Source of the DNA: a virus
Lineage: Duplodnaviria; Heunggongvirae; Uroviricota; Caudoviricetes
Direction: 5' to 3' (one strand)
DNA: 46,178 nucleotides
IMG/VR virus record: IMGVR_UViG_3300035492_000044
Coordinates: 1 to 46,178 of that record
Shown here one piece after another: positions 17,119 through 27,425 of the stretch. The notes under the pieces are model-generated. The model was not told where the DNA came from, ran no database searches, and worked only from the letters and a program-made list of their open reading frames with translations. Numbering within the stretch: the stretch's first letter is position 1; each line of letters begins with the position of its first letter. The position numbers and the translations under genes are program-made.

Positions 17119-18552
17119 TTACACCTTGTAGTCTAATTCGTCATAGAAGAACTGAGAGAATAGTCCTGGGACGTTTCTTGCCTCAGAAATCTCTAGAACG
17201 TCAATTTGAGTATTGTACGCAGAATCTGCCACATTGGTACTATAGGCAGAACCAGACATACTTATACTTGAGAAGAATGTGTCAGCTAACGTAAACAGAG
17301 TTTCAACGCTAGATGCCACAGCTGCGGATGGTCCAAATATACCATTTATGGAATAATCGGAGTTGTAGTATAGTTCAGAGTACTGCTGATCGGCAATTAT
17401 GTCTTCGGCAGTTGTCTTAGTGAGTATTTCAGTTACGTTCAGATCTTGAGTCTGAACTGGAATTAGAATATCCTCAGTCCAGTTTCTGTCAGTAACCTTA
17501 CACACTTTAAGTGAAGTAGTTATCCCTCTAGACAGAGACAGTCCACCAGACAGTCTACCTTCACCAAGACCAATATCTGTAACCCTAATCGAAGCATTAT
17601 GCGAGAGGCGATTAGCATCTCTACCCATAATACTGAATCCTGGGATGAACAGACCATAGCAGTACGAACTGGACTTAGACGAAATCTCCGATCCTGTTGA
17701 TAGGTCAAGATCATCTGAATTCAGTCTACCTGATATAGAAGTGACTCCAATTCTACTCTTAGGGTCAGATCTGCTCAGAGTGAGTGTACGGCTTAGAATT
17801 ATATCATCCCACAGGGCGTTAAGATGAGATATTGCTACAGAAGTATCTACATTAACCAGTCTTGGGAGATCATTATTCTCAGATACCACGATCTCAATTG
17901 CATCTGTAGAACACAGAAGAACAGATACATTAGATCCTGGGGGAGTTGCTCCCTGAGATCTTCCCAATATGCTTCGGTCTAGTCTTATATCAGTACTAAG
18001 ACTATGAGAGCCGACAGAACCAACCCATTTATCTCCAGTATTCAGCATCTCTTTCTTGATAGCAGAACAGTTAGTAATACCATCAAGAGTAAGGCAAACT
18101 GGAAATATCTCTTCAGCTAATCTCTCAAGAGTTTTAAGGTCATCTATAGAAGCTGTAGCTTGATCTTTCAATACGATGGTTACTTTAGTGCAACCTGTAC
18201 GAGATCTTAGATAGATTATATTCTGATAATCTAGCTTGATCAGCTTCAGAATGGTCTCGACACCTTCCTGAGTACCCTTAAGGCTATGTAGCCCTGGGAG
18301 CATGACTGATATTGACTTTTTATCCTGAAGGAGAGAGATAAGTGCAGCAAGATTCTCTCCCCCAAGAGTCTTCACCATATACTCGGAGTTGTAAGCATCA
18401 GAACCAGGATAGTAGAGGCTTGTCATAGCCTCTACATCAGGATAATAGAAGTCTCTGAGACCCTTATCCAATATAGTTGAGAAGAACTTAAATAGCTCGT
18501 CATCACGAAGGTTAGGTGAGAAGTATTCTAGGGTATTAATCTGTTCCGACAT
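17119..18552 (-). CDS. Baseplate wedge protein (P2 gpI / T4 gp7-like position)
   Basis: LPGLHSLKGTQEGVETIL motif; follows the gp6-like gene; likely start MSEQ at 18552. Confidence 0.65.
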   Translation of the reverse strand: MSEQINTLEYFSPNLRDDELFKFFSTILDKGLRDFYYPDVEAMTSLYYPGSDAYNSEYMVKTLGGENLAALISLLQDKKSISVMLPGLHSLKGTQEGVETILKLIKLDYQNIIYLRSRTGCTKVTIVLKDQATASIDDLKTLERLAEEIFPVCLTLDGITNCSAIKKEMLNTGDKWVGSVGSHSLSTDIRLDRSILGRSQGATPPGSNVSVLLCSTDAIEIVVSENNDLPRLVNVDTSVAISHLNALWDDIILSRTLTLSRSDPKSRIGVTSISGRLNSDDLDLSTGSEISSKSSSYCYGLFIPGFSIMGRDANRLSHNASIRVTDIGLGEGRLSGGLSLSRGITTSLKVCKVTDRNWTEDILIPVQTQDLNVTEILTKTTAEDIIADQQYSELYYNSDYSINGIFGPSAAVASSVETLFTLADTFFSSISMSGSAYSTNVADSAYNTQIDVLEISEARNVPGLFSQFFYDELDYKV

Positions 18553-19915
18553 AGTCTTCGTACCCCAGAGTAACGTCAGACCCACCAGATAGAACTGCCG
18601 TGTTATCGGTGGTGAAGTTGATGTTCACATCCCGCAGTACAAAATACCTATTAAACTCAGCTTGTTTATCAACTATTGGGTAGTTGAAATACATGCGAAT
18701 AAGACCAGGGATAGCCGCGGATGCTAGACTAGAGATTGAGAACAGAGCACCTGGCTTGAGACACATAGATTGAAGAGTTTCATTCACCACATTTCGTATA
18801 GCCTGAGTATCTGCAGTTCTGGTGATTACCATAGTAAGAGATACATCAACGAAGGTGAAGACTGGGTCAATAATGTAGATCTCAGTGCCGAGGATGGCAT
18901 GTTTCATCATGTAGTTGTAGAAATCAGTCTTCATTGCTTCAGTCATTAATGACCGATCATATCTGACATAAGTTACTTCTACAGCACAGCAGTCAACTTT
19001 TCTCTTCCTAGCATTAGCAGCAGAGATTCCATTATAGGATCCTGCAATAGCTTTGTAGTCGCTGAGACTAGTTAGCTGACGTCTAGCTGAGAAGTATCCA
19101 GGAGCTACAGCTACGATCTTCTCAGTAGTATCCGGAGTAGATCCAGGATCTAGAGTTATCGTGGTTATCTCAGTGGCTTCTGGGAATAGAGAAATGTCAC
19201 TGGCTTCAATTATAGTTTCAGCCAGATTAGCTGATGGAACAATGTACTCAAATCTAATTGTGTCCCCAACTGTTGCCTTACGACCTAGTATTCCATTTCC
19301 GAAGATTAGGAACACACCAGTTAAGTATGATCTAAGAAGAACTGAACTAGATGTCAAGTTCTCAGGAGCTAAGGTAGTTTCAGTTACCTCTCCATTGACC
19401 AGAAGAGAATAATAATTGTTGTCAATATCATCCTCAACCATGAGATTAAAGAAGTCTTTAGTCTCATTTATAGTTGTCTCATAACTCTTCCATGATCCAA
19501 CTGCCACTCGAATTGTATTCGAGCCAGAATTAATCTGAGTTGATTCGAGAAGACAAATATCCTGACCTTTGTAAGACCCAATAGGATCTTCTCTATCCCA
19601 GAATACCGATGAGGCACTATTGAATGTAATCTGGAGGATCGGGGCCATCTTACGATTATAATGATAGCCCAGAGCTGTTCCTATTGATACTATTGTAGAC
19701 GGCAGTTGGCCGAAGTCGAGCATAGTATCTCGACGGTTCATATAAGCAGTATAGGCAAGAAATGCCGCTATACCAGAACCTACATCTAGTACAGTTTGAC
19801 CAGCACCACCTTCATAGAAGTCTTTCCAAGTAGTTTCATATCCATCTAGAGACTGAACATACTCTTCTAACTGCTGGCGGATACTGCTATAAGAGAGGGA
19901 ATTTTCTCTAATCAT
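18536..19915 (-). CDS. Baseplate wedge subunit (T4 gp6 / baseplate-J-like)
   Basis: W.DFYEGGAGQT.LD, LGY...RK.AP, LIFGNG..G, R..T..DY..I. Confidence 0.88.
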   Translation of the reverse strand: MIRENSLSYSSIRQQLEEYVQSLDGYETTWKDFYEGGAGQTVLDVGSGIAAFLAYTAYMNRRDTMLDFGQLPSTIVSIGTALGYHYNRKMAPILQITFNSASSVFWDREDPIGSYKGQDICLLESTQINSGSNTIRVAVGSWKSYETTINETKDFFNLMVEDDIDNNYYSLLVNGEVTETTLAPENLTSSSVLLRSYLTGVFLIFGNGILGRKATVGDTIRFEYIVPSANLAETIIEASDISLFPEATEITTITLDPGSTPDTTEKIVAVAPGYFSARRQLTSLSDYKAIAGSYNGISAANARKRKVDCCAVEVTYVRYDRSLMTEAMKTDFYNYMMKHAILGTEIYIIDPVFTFVDVSLTMVITRTADTQAIRNVVNETLQSMCLKPGALFSISSLASAAIPGLIRMYFNYPIVDKQAEFNRYFVLRDVNINFTTDNTAVLSGGSDVTLGYEDYVGTD

Positions 19916-20283
19916 ATCTTAAATCCAATCTCGTGGTTGTATTCCTGGCCAGGTATGCCCACAAGAGAGAATACCAGATTTACCCAGCAAATATGATTAT
20001 CTGGTTCCATAGTAACAGTGGTCTTCACTCTATCTAGGATAGCGCGAGGTTCCCATCTAGTAACAGCTTCAATCACTTCCGCGTATACTCTGAGTTCGGT
20101 AGCTGGGTCGGCGAAATCAAATAAGATATCGTTTAGATTGGATCCGAACTCAGAGTTAAACACTCTAGTACCCTTTCGAGTCATTAGGATGTTTCGTATT
20201 GACTGGATTACTGCATCAGCATTATATACTGCGTTCTTTGTCAGGGACTGATCAACGTCTCTGTATACAGCTGCCTGGTACAT
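19912..20283 (-). CDS. Baseplate wedge subunit, gp25/GPW-like
   Basis: VIQSIRNILMTRKGTRVFNSEFGSNL..ILFD, RWEPR. Confidence 0.92.
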   Translation of the reverse strand: MYQAAVYRDVDQSLTKNAVYNADAVIQSIRNILMTRKGTRVFNSEFGSNLNDILFDFADPATELRVYAEVIEAVTRWEPRAILDRVKTTVTMEPDNHICWVNLVFSLVGIPGQEYNHEIGFKI

Positions 20284-20290
20284 AACTACC

Positions 20291-20953
20291 TCACTGTTTC
20301 TTAGTTGGTACAGATACAGGGCCAGGCGGTGCCGATGGATGACCGTGATCGTTGTAGATAAGTCTATCAGCAGACATAGATCTTATCTTATCAGTTACTT
20401 CACCAGTAGACTTAAGATCAGGAGTAGTAAACGTCGACCCAGCAGGTGCAGTAGTCTCGAATGATTGACCAAGGATAATATCTATTCCTTGTGGTCCAAC
20501 TATAGACAACTGTCCGTTGGCTGATATAGTAACAGTAAAGCCAGATGGGTGAACATACTTAGTCTCAAGAGTAGATTTATCTACGTAGAAGACGTTTCCT
20601 ACAGAGTCTTTATACCCATATCTGTTTGGATAATTTACTTTGAATTCTTCTGGCACTTCCCACTGAGCCCATCTACCTACGTAATACGGCATATGGGGAT
20701 CATCATGAGGGAAGATTACAGTTACTTGAGTTCCTACCTCTGGGATTTCTACTCTGGCGTGAGCTTCTGAGTCACCTAGGAATGAAGATGCTAGGGGAAG
20801 TGTCCACGGAAGAGATGATCCCTCAAGAATACCAGGAACTTTCACCTTGATTCTGCACTTCATAAGAGGATCATTGTTATCTACAACAATCCCCTTATGT
20901 TGAGCTCCTAGAGATTTAGATGGAGGACCTGCTAAGTCAGTTAATTTGAGCAT
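20291..20953 (-). CDS. Baseplate central spike (gp5 N-terminal OB / gpV-like)
   Basis: GIVVDNNDP...RIKVKVP..LPW, IPEVGTQV.V.F..DD...PYYVG; C-terminal metal-binding HGH. Confidence 0.88.
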   Translation of the reverse strand: MLKLTDLAGPPSKSLGAQHKGIVVDNNDPLMKCRIKVKVPGILEGSSLPWTLPLASSFLGDSEAHARVEIPEVGTQVTVIFPHDDPHMPYYVGRWAQWEVPEEFKVNYPNRYGYKDSVGNVFYVDKSTLETKYVHPSGFTVTISANGQLSIVGPQGIDIILGQSFETTAPAGSTFTTPDLKSTGEVTDKIRSMSADRLIYNDHGHPSAPPGPVSVPTKKQ

Positions 20954-20955
20954 AA

Positions 20956-22080
20956 TTAGGTCCTCACTACACTATTCATACCGTCTCTACTCAAAGTGAC
21001 GATAGTTTTGAACTCTCTATCGGTGACTATACGACAAACTTTACTAGTAACCCAAAGTCCACTTGAATCTTCAGAGGATTCCCGATTTACTGAATCAGCG
21101 TCATCCTTAAACATAGCGATGTCATGGAGTCTAATTGGGAAATATTCTCCGTCGAAGGATACTTTAGCCTTCAATGTGTTCAGTAGAAGCAGATTCCTAA
21201 CGTTATTATCATATGCCTGGTAGAATTGCTCATGTATATTAGAGTTAACTACTGAGACTTTAGATAATATTCTACCTACATCAGGGTTTCTCTCAGCCTC
21301 CTTACTAACCGCCATCAGTAGGCCATTATTCGGAGTATTGTAGGTTGTGCTTATCTTATCTACATCATGGATGATCCGGCTTCTAGCATAACCAGCAAGG
21401 TGGTTAATGAAGCCTGAGTCTGACCAGATCTTAGGAGATCCGTTGTACGTAAGACTATTCTTTTCACGACTAGCCTTAGCACTGAATTTCCAGGTAGGAT
21501 CCTGATCCAGCAGATTCTTCAATGAAGAATATCTGAAAAGACCATCAGAACAAATTCCGGTGAGAAGAGTGTCAGATTTTAGATGAGAGTGCAACCAGAG
21601 TCTATTTATGAAGGCTCTGTCAGAGATATTCTCACGCACCCATACCATACTATCATCGGTTGTCCTGATATTAGTTTGGAATCTGAAGTACTTACTCACA
21701 AGCTTCTTAATGATACTCAGAGATGTTCCATTATAAGTATCAACAGTAGCGCTTGTCATATACGGAACTGCATCGAACACACCTACTAGTCTTACCCTCT
21801 GAGTGGCGCTAGTATTACGAATTTTCTCTCGTTTAAGTATGTTCAAGCGGATATTCGTAATTGAGTTCTCGTCCTTACCTAGCATAGAGTAAATAGTATT
21901 ACCTTCTGCTAGAAGAGGAATTATCGAAGAATCACGAACATCAAAAATTAGTTCAAATGATGGGAGGACGTTTCCAGCCTCCTCGATCATTTTGAATTTG
22001 ATTAGCTCATCCTCGCGGATGAAGTCCTTCCGGCTACCTATATTGAAAGCAGCTAGGTACCCACCGCGAGCGCCAATCAT
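20956..22080 (-). CDS. Baseplate hub (gp27/gpD-like)
   Basis: Size and position next to the spike; C-terminal G.W.T..V.R...F.T.V.LSRDG. Confidence 0.7.
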   Translation of the reverse strand: MIGARGGYLAAFNIGSRKDFIREDELIKFKMIEEAGNVLPSFELIFDVRDSSIIPLLAEGNTIYSMLGKDENSITNIRLNILKREKIRNTSATQRVRLVGVFDAVPYMTSATVDTYNGTSLSIIKKLVSKYFRFQTNIRTTDDSMVWVRENISDRAFINRLWLHSHLKSDTLLTGICSDGLFRYSSLKNLLDQDPTWKFSAKASREKNSLTYNGSPKIWSDSGFINHLAGYARSRIIHDVDKISTTYNTPNNGLLMAVSKEAERNPDVGRILSKVSVVNSNIHEQFYQAYDNNVRNLLLLNTLKAKVSFDGEYFPIRLHDIAMFKDDADSVNRESSEDSSGLWVTSKVCRIVTDREFKTIVTLSRDGMNSVVRT

Positions 22081-22454
22081 ACAAGAGTCTCCACTATAGT
22101 AGTTGACTCGGGCTGGTCAAGAGACGGAACCAGAGTGAAATATATGTCCTCTAGATCACTAATAGACACATATCTGATTATCATTCCAGTTTTTATGTCA
22201 CTGGGATTTCTGAGGTTGTTGTAATACATAAGTATCCACCAGTACTGAGTTAGACCAGTACCGTAGATTCTTTCTGATAGTAAGTCAGGACGACCTGCTT
22301 CACTAACAACCCTATAAGTACCAAAGTTCTTGACTTTAGTTACCTTTAGTAGAAAGTCTGAATTTACAGAATCGAAGAATGACCCATCTATACTATCCAT
22401 GAATTTAGATAGGTCAAACCTCTCTGCTGTATTCTTGGGATCTATTTTAAACAT
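22077..22454 (-). CDS. Baseplate wedge gp53-like (LysM-fold) protein
   Basis: GRPDLLSERIYG...YWWILMYYNNL. Confidence 0.85.
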   Translation of the reverse strand: MFKIDPKNTAERFDLSKFMDSIDGSFFDSVNSDFLLKVTKVKNFGTYRVVSEAGRPDLLSERIYGTGLTQYWWILMYYNNLRNPSDIKTGMIIRYVSISDLEDIYFTLVPSLDQPESTTIVETLV

Positions 22455-22461
22455 AAGTCAC

Positions 22462-23106
22462 CTACAGCAGGAACCAAGAAGCTACCTCTTTCTGATCTGG
22501 TAGCTTAGCTGGAGTGAATGATAGGTTGAATGTGGCCCACAATGGTTGACCAGATGACCTAACAATCTCTTTCGAGAATTGAGCTTGAACATCTACTAGA
22601 ACTAGAGTAGTAGCTCTAAACCACTTACCCATTTGTATTGTCCAAGTACCAGCAAAGCTATCTGCACCGAAGTTAGAATCTAGCTTAGTTACTTTATATC
22701 CATTAGGAGCTTGAAGTATACCTCCAGCTCCATATTCAAATGCAACTCCTGAGAAGAAGTCCTTGGCCATATCCAGAGGCTTAACTGAAGTGTCATACTG
22801 AACCACAGTTAATGGAATCTGGAAGGTAGGTCTGACAGAGCCAGTCCATTGGCTTACTGTCTGACGAACGTTGGCAATAACCGACTGAGTACCTGCCCCA
22901 ATAGTGTTAGCTATTGCATTATACCCAGCAGTCAGAGGGTTAGCTCCAACTTGGTCCTCACTAGAGAAGTTAGATGACATACCAAATCCAAAGTCGCCTT
23001 CGACTAAGCCGATGGTCGTCTTTGTATTACCAGGATGAACAATTGTCACTCTGGCATTTGGGTTAGCCTGTAGTTTCGCGATATCTAGCAGTGCTGAGTT
23101 CGTCAT
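22462..23106 (-). CDS. Tail tube initiator / baseplate-tube junction protein
   Basis: Position between tape measure and gp53-like gene; beta-rich tube-like fold inferred. Confidence 0.55.
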   Translation of the reverse strand: MTNSALLDIAKLQANPNARVTIVHPGNTKTTIGLVEGDFGFGMSSNFSSEDQVGANPLTAGYNAIANTIGAGTQSVIANVRQTVSQWTGSVRPTFQIPLTVVQYDTSVKPLDMAKDFFSGVAFEYGAGGILQAPNGYKVTKLDSNFGADSFAGTWTIQMGKWFRATTLVLVDVQAQFSKEIVRSSGQPLWATFNLSFTPAKLPDQKEVASWFLL

Positions 23107-26033
23107 GACATTACCGACCTATTAAACAACAGAAGACTAATATCATCTATTCGATCATCATCATCACCAACACCGGACGCTGCAGGCGGGGAAGATGGTG
23201 CAGATGTAGGTGCTGGGATAGCAGAGCTTACGGCTCTCTGCATAACACTTTCCATCCTCTTATCTTCCATCGATCTTTGTTCAGCTAGAGTTGGAGGAGC
23301 TTTTATTGTCTCCGGAATAGGAGTCCCACTCCCAGTGGCATCCCTGCCTGTCGCCTTCTGACCTACGAGAGAACTGCTAGTACCGGTAGCAGTCATAACT
23401 CCAACATCGCCAGATACAGAAGCTTCCATGGCCTGTTCTTCTTTGGCATATTCCTCTTGCATCTCATATAGGCGTTTCTTCCTATACTCGATTTCAGATA
23501 GTTTCTCCTCCTCGGACATTGCTGCCAGATGTTCAGAACTATACGGAATCCTACCGGTCTTGGTACCTGAAGTTGCTAGCTCAAGATCAGAATTACCTTC
23601 TTTCTCTTGCCTAGCTATTTCAGCAGACCACTCAGCTGTCTTAGCCTTGCGATCCTCTAGACCATTATATCCACCATTAACTGCTTTAGTAGCAGCTTCT
23701 ACGGTAGATCCTTTCTCCTCAAGACTAGGTTGAACCCTATCTTTCCAGTATGCAACTGCTAGCTTATTACCTATCTCTGGATCAGAAGCAAGTTCTGGGT
23801 TATTAACAAGATCTACGCCAATCATCTTGCCATATTTCTCGTAATTAGCTCTACCCGTAATCTGAATAGGGCCTCTACCCTTGAATCTCTTTCCATCTCC
23901 AGCTTCAGTATTGCCTAGGTCCTTACGACCCTCATAGGCACTTCCACTAGCTAATTCTTCATAGTACTTGAAGTTGCCAGATTCGTGCGAGACCTGCCCC
24001 ATGAACAAGGAGAGTTCATCTCCAGATAGCCCTTGGGATTTAGCGTAAGCTAATAAGTCTTGCCCTCTCTTCTTCTGCTCATCATTACCAGGAAGGACGT
24101 TAGATGCTGCATGACGGAGACTGTCTACTGTAGTACCAGCGGTATCAAGAACCTTCTGACCGGCTCCAGATACAGCAGAGGATACACTAGACACGAAACC
24201 AGATACAGCTGGAAGGGATATGACTTTCTTAACTGTGCTTAGACCAGAGAAGAATGGTCCTATACCTGGCAACCCAGCTAAGTAGTCAGCCATAGACTGA
24301 AGACCATTTCCTATAGTCTCAGTTGCTGTTGTGGCAGTGTCTACTGTCTCAGTTAGGCCATCAGTATTGACTTCTGACGTGGCTGTAACAGTAGCTACGG
24401 GTGCGATCTCATTCCTATAACTGGCAAGGTCTGCTACATCGCTGGCAGATACACCACTTCCTTCAATATCAGCTTGAGCTGACAGTTGCGGCATCAAGAC
24501 CTTGTCAATATACTCAGCTTCAGCTTCCTTACCTAGAGCTTTGACATTATCTGGGATTAGGTCTTCTGGGTCAGAGAACCAACTAGCAACTTCTTGACCA
24601 GCCTCAGTACCAAGGAAGGCACCTCCAGCGGCTCCAACTATACCACCAACTATGGCCCCACCTGCTGTCCCTACGATAGGGACAACTGATCCTATAGCGG
24701 CACCTGCCATAGCCCCCAGCTTACCTCCAGCTAGAGCACCACCTACACCACCCACACCAGTTCCGATAGCATTCTCTCTACTTGCTTCGTCTTCTGATGT
24801 AGCGTAGTCATAAACAGCAGTACCTCCTACTGCTAGAGCAGTCAAGGGACCTGCTGCCTTAGGGGCAAATCTGGCTAATCCGCTTAGCTTACTACCAATC
24901 TTACTGAGAGATCCTTTCTTACCACCAAATAGATCATTTAGATCATCTAGAGTATCGAGGAGACCACCTCCCCCTCCTCCTGAATTCTCTCCCTTATTAT
25001 TCTCTGATTTAGAGTAAGGAGAATCCGTAACATCGGATAGATTTCTAATCTCAGCTAACTGACGTTCCTCTATCTTTGACTGCTCTCTGATAGTTGCGTC
25101 AGTTATATCTTGGTTATCAGCAATCTCGTCAAATCCTCTAGTCTGGCCTTTGATAAGGGTATCTAGAGAATCATTTATCTTATCTAGCTTATCAAGAGAA
25201 GACTTAGAAGCAGAATCAGTGGCGTCAACAATCTTCTCTGCATCTTCTTCAGACTTATGAGTGATGTCTTTCCACAGGTTTCCGAGAGCACTGTCTATCT
25301 TTTCAGATGCACCAAATAAACTATCTAGTCCACCTAATCCGAAAGACTCAAGAGTAGCACTGATAGCACTCTTACGTACCTCACCAGCACTATACTGTCC
25401 TGGGTTGGATAAGAATGCTTCTCTTATTGAGGTTTTAGCTGAATTTACGTACTCATTGTCAAGAAGATTTACTTCTGACTTAGTACGAACAGCCATGTCT
25501 GCTTTTTCATTAAGCTCAGAATATTTTATCTTCCTTCCAGATGACCCTAGTTTTGCTCTGGCGTCATCGATAAGGCGATTTGTTCTCCGGAGATTAATAT
25601 AGCTTAGAGAGCCTCCTTCATCAAGACTCATCTCTTTCATAAGGCTATCTAGTTCTGAGATAGCCTTATTTCTAGTCCCTCGAGATATTCTTGAGTCGTT
25701 GATAACAGACTGATAAGTCTCAACGATGTGAGATAAATCGATCATCTGCTGCGCCTCTGCCTCTATCATAGAGTGAGACGCATCAGCCATTTTCTCGCGA
25801 ATCTCAAATAGTTCTTTGGCCTCGATTTCTGTAAGCTGAGCTCTATTAAAGAACTTCTCAGAAATATCCCGGAACAGGGAGATCTCATCAGGACTTATTG
25901 GGAGCTCAGCCCCAGACTTAGAAAGAAGAGCTAGGTTAGCTCTGAGACTGGAGATATCAGCCTCTAGCTTAGACCTGACCATCTCTATATCTTTAGCTGG
26001 AGTTCCAGACTTAGGCCCTGATATGAATGACAT
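23103..26033 (-). CDS. Tape measure protein with an embedded GH19 lysozyme domain
   Basis: Long helical N-terminal region and glycine-zipper TM region; GH19 motifs FMGQVSHESG, GDGKRFKGRGPIQITGRANY, VNGGYNGLEDR (about 23620-24060). Confidence 0.85.
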   Translation of the reverse strand: MSFISGPKSGTPAKDIEMVRSKLEADISSLRANLALLSKSGAELPISPDEISLFRDISEKFFNRAQLTEIEAKELFEIREKMADASHSMIEAEAQQMIDLSHIVETYQSVINDSRISRGTRNKAISELDSLMKEMSLDEGGSLSYINLRRTNRLIDDARAKLGSSGRKIKYSELNEKADMAVRTKSEVNLLDNEYVNSAKTSIREAFLSNPGQYSAGEVRKSAISATLESFGLGGLDSLFGASEKIDSALGNLWKDITHKSEEDAEKIVDATDSASKSSLDKLDKINDSLDTLIKGQTRGFDEIADNQDITDATIREQSKIEERQLAEIRNLSDVTDSPYSKSENNKGENSGGGGGGLLDTLDDLNDLFGGKKGSLSKIGSKLSGLARFAPKAAGPLTALAVGGTAVYDYATSEDEASRENAIGTGVGGVGGALAGGKLGAMAGAAIGSVVPIVGTAGGAIVGGIVGAAGGAFLGTEAGQEVASWFSDPEDLIPDNVKALGKEAEAEYIDKVLMPQLSAQADIEGSGVSASDVADLASYRNEIAPVATVTATSEVNTDGLTETVDTATTATETIGNGLQSMADYLAGLPGIGPFFSGLSTVKKVISLPAVSGFVSSVSSAVSGAGQKVLDTAGTTVDSLRHAASNVLPGNDEQKKRGQDLLAYAKSQGLSGDELSLFMGQVSHESGNFKYYEELASGSAYEGRKDLGNTEAGDGKRFKGRGPIQITGRANYEKYGKMIGVDLVNNPELASDPEIGNKLAVAYWKDRVQPSLEEKGSTVEAATKAVNGGYNGLEDRKAKTAEWSAEIARQEKEGNSDLELATSGTKTGRIPYSSEHLAAMSEEEKLSEIEYRKKRLYEMQEEYAKEEQAMEASVSGDVGVMTATGTSSSLVGQKATGRDATGSGTPIPETIKAPPTLAEQRSMEDKRMESVMQRAVSSAIPAPTSAPSSPPAASGVGDDDDRIDDISLLLFNRSVMS

Positions 26034-26167
26034 TACTTATCACCTGCTAGAAGGTAGTTGTAATGATGCATCACTTCAGCAAAGTCAAGAGACTTTATGT
26101 GATAAACATCAACTATTCCGTTCTTTGCCAAAAACGATGCGATTCCGTATAAGCTCTTCAGAGACAC
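26033..26167 (-). CDS. gp51-like 44-aa frame (tail/baseplate assembly chaperone extension), not in the ORF track
   Basis: +1 frame VSLKSLYGIASFLAKNGIVDVYHIKSLDFAEVMHHYNYLLAGDK; its TAA overlaps the tape-measure ATG. Confidence 0.7.
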   Translation of the reverse strand: MSLKSLYGIASFLAKNGIVDVYHIKSLDFAEVMHHYNYLLAGDK

Positions 26168-26903
26168 GAAAAGGCTCGGCTATCTTAGCCACACCTCTTA
26201 ATGTAATCTTAGCATCCTTACCACACGAGGTGCATTTGCATACTGTAGTAGACCCACCAAAGTTCAGAAGTGAGTTAACCACATCTAGAGTTTGAATAGT
26301 CTCACCGTCTGTGCAATTAGAGATAAGCTCATAGGCATCTTCAACTGCCATATTAGCCATATAGGCTAATCTTGTAACAGTTGACTTATCGTGATTAGTA
26401 ATACCTTTGCTCAGCATTTCAACTACTGAGCCAACGGATAAGGTGTAGAATTCTACATCAGTTCCATCGATATTAACCACACATGGAAGACTAGGAACAT
26501 CCTTAATCTCGGTGAATTCAATATTAGAGATCTTCTGTGTGATCACATTATGATGATCACACTCAATGCAGTTAAATCTAAAGATAAACTGAGAACTTGA
26601 GAAACTGGAGAGCTTACGAAGAACCATAATAAATATGAAATCTTGATAGTCAAGATCTCTCTTCATAAATCCATTAGTCTCTATACCCTCAAGAACTAGA
26701 TTAATCTTTTCTATTGGGTCAGCAGTGCTGGAGATCTGTTCAAGTTCGCCATATGAATACGGCTTGTATCGTATCTTAGAATTTTCTGGATACGGGAGAA
26801 ACTTGGATGGTAGATCAGACACAGTTACGAAGGGAGAAGTGGTGGACACTTCAACTTTATCGACAACATCTTGTCTAGAGTTTTGTCTGCTAACAGTTTT
26901 CAT
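26109..26903 (-). CDS. Tail/baseplate assembly chaperone, T4 gp26-like
   Basis: LP..FLPYP...I.YKPY..GE motif; two CxxC pairs; between tube and tape measure genes. Confidence 0.78.
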   Translation of the reverse strand: MKTVSRQNSRQDVVDKVEVSTTSPFVTVSDLPSKFLPYPENSKIRYKPYSYGELEQISSTADPIEKINLVLEGIETNGFMKRDLDYQDFIFIMVLRKLSSFSSSQFIFRFNCIECDHHNVITQKISNIEFTEIKDVPSLPCVVNIDGTDVEFYTLSVGSVVEMLSKGITNHDKSTVTRLAYMANMAVEDAYELISNCTDGETIQTLDVVNSLLNFGGSTTVCKCTSCGKDAKITLRGVAKIAEPFRVSEELIRNRIVFGKERNS

Positions 26904-26911
26904 TTAAACCT

Positions 26912-27409
26912 CTACTTCACAGTACCTTTCTGTCGTCCGGCAACGCAGAATGTCTGTGATATTATGCTAATGTCAGAAGTAGATGTACCAGAACTAGGTA
27001 GAGCTCCGTCTGGATAGACGTAAAGAGTCTCTATCTTAAGGATTTCTCTCTGACCATTGAGAGTAGCTAGGATCAGGGGTCTCACAGCCTCTGCTAGAGT
27101 GAGCACTCCGTCGGATTCAGAATATATATCATCATACCAAGCGGATAGCCAAGTATGAAGAGTCTTATTCTCATCGTCAAAAGCCTGTATCTGAATATTA
27201 GCAGCCGACGTCCCTTGAGGTAACTTATAGTTACTCAGGAAAAACGTCTGATCTCTAGATATCCCCATTTTGCCATCATCAGTGAACTCAGTAGCTGGGA
27301 ACCATTCACTGAATGGAGCTGGAGCATCTGGGAACTTAATGTCCCACAGATGCTTCATGCCCCACTGAACGGACCTAACCTGATCCAAGGATTTCAGAAA
27401 ACTAGGCAC
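26912..27409 (-). CDS. Second tail tube-fold protein (gp19/gp54-like)
   Basis: Similar architecture to the adjacent tube gene (W.I.F, AFDDE..TL..WL..W, VYP); GTG start. Confidence 0.65.
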   Translation of the reverse strand: MPSFLKSLDQVRSVQWGMKHLWDIKFPDAPAPFSEWFPATEFTDDGKMGISRDQTFFLSNYKLPQGTSAANIQIQAFDDENKTLHTWLSAWYDDIYSESDGVLTLAEAVRPLILATLNGQREILKIETLYVYPDGALPSSGTSTSDISIISQTFCVAGRQKGTVK

Positions 27410-27425
27410 GGTTAGGTCCTCTCAG

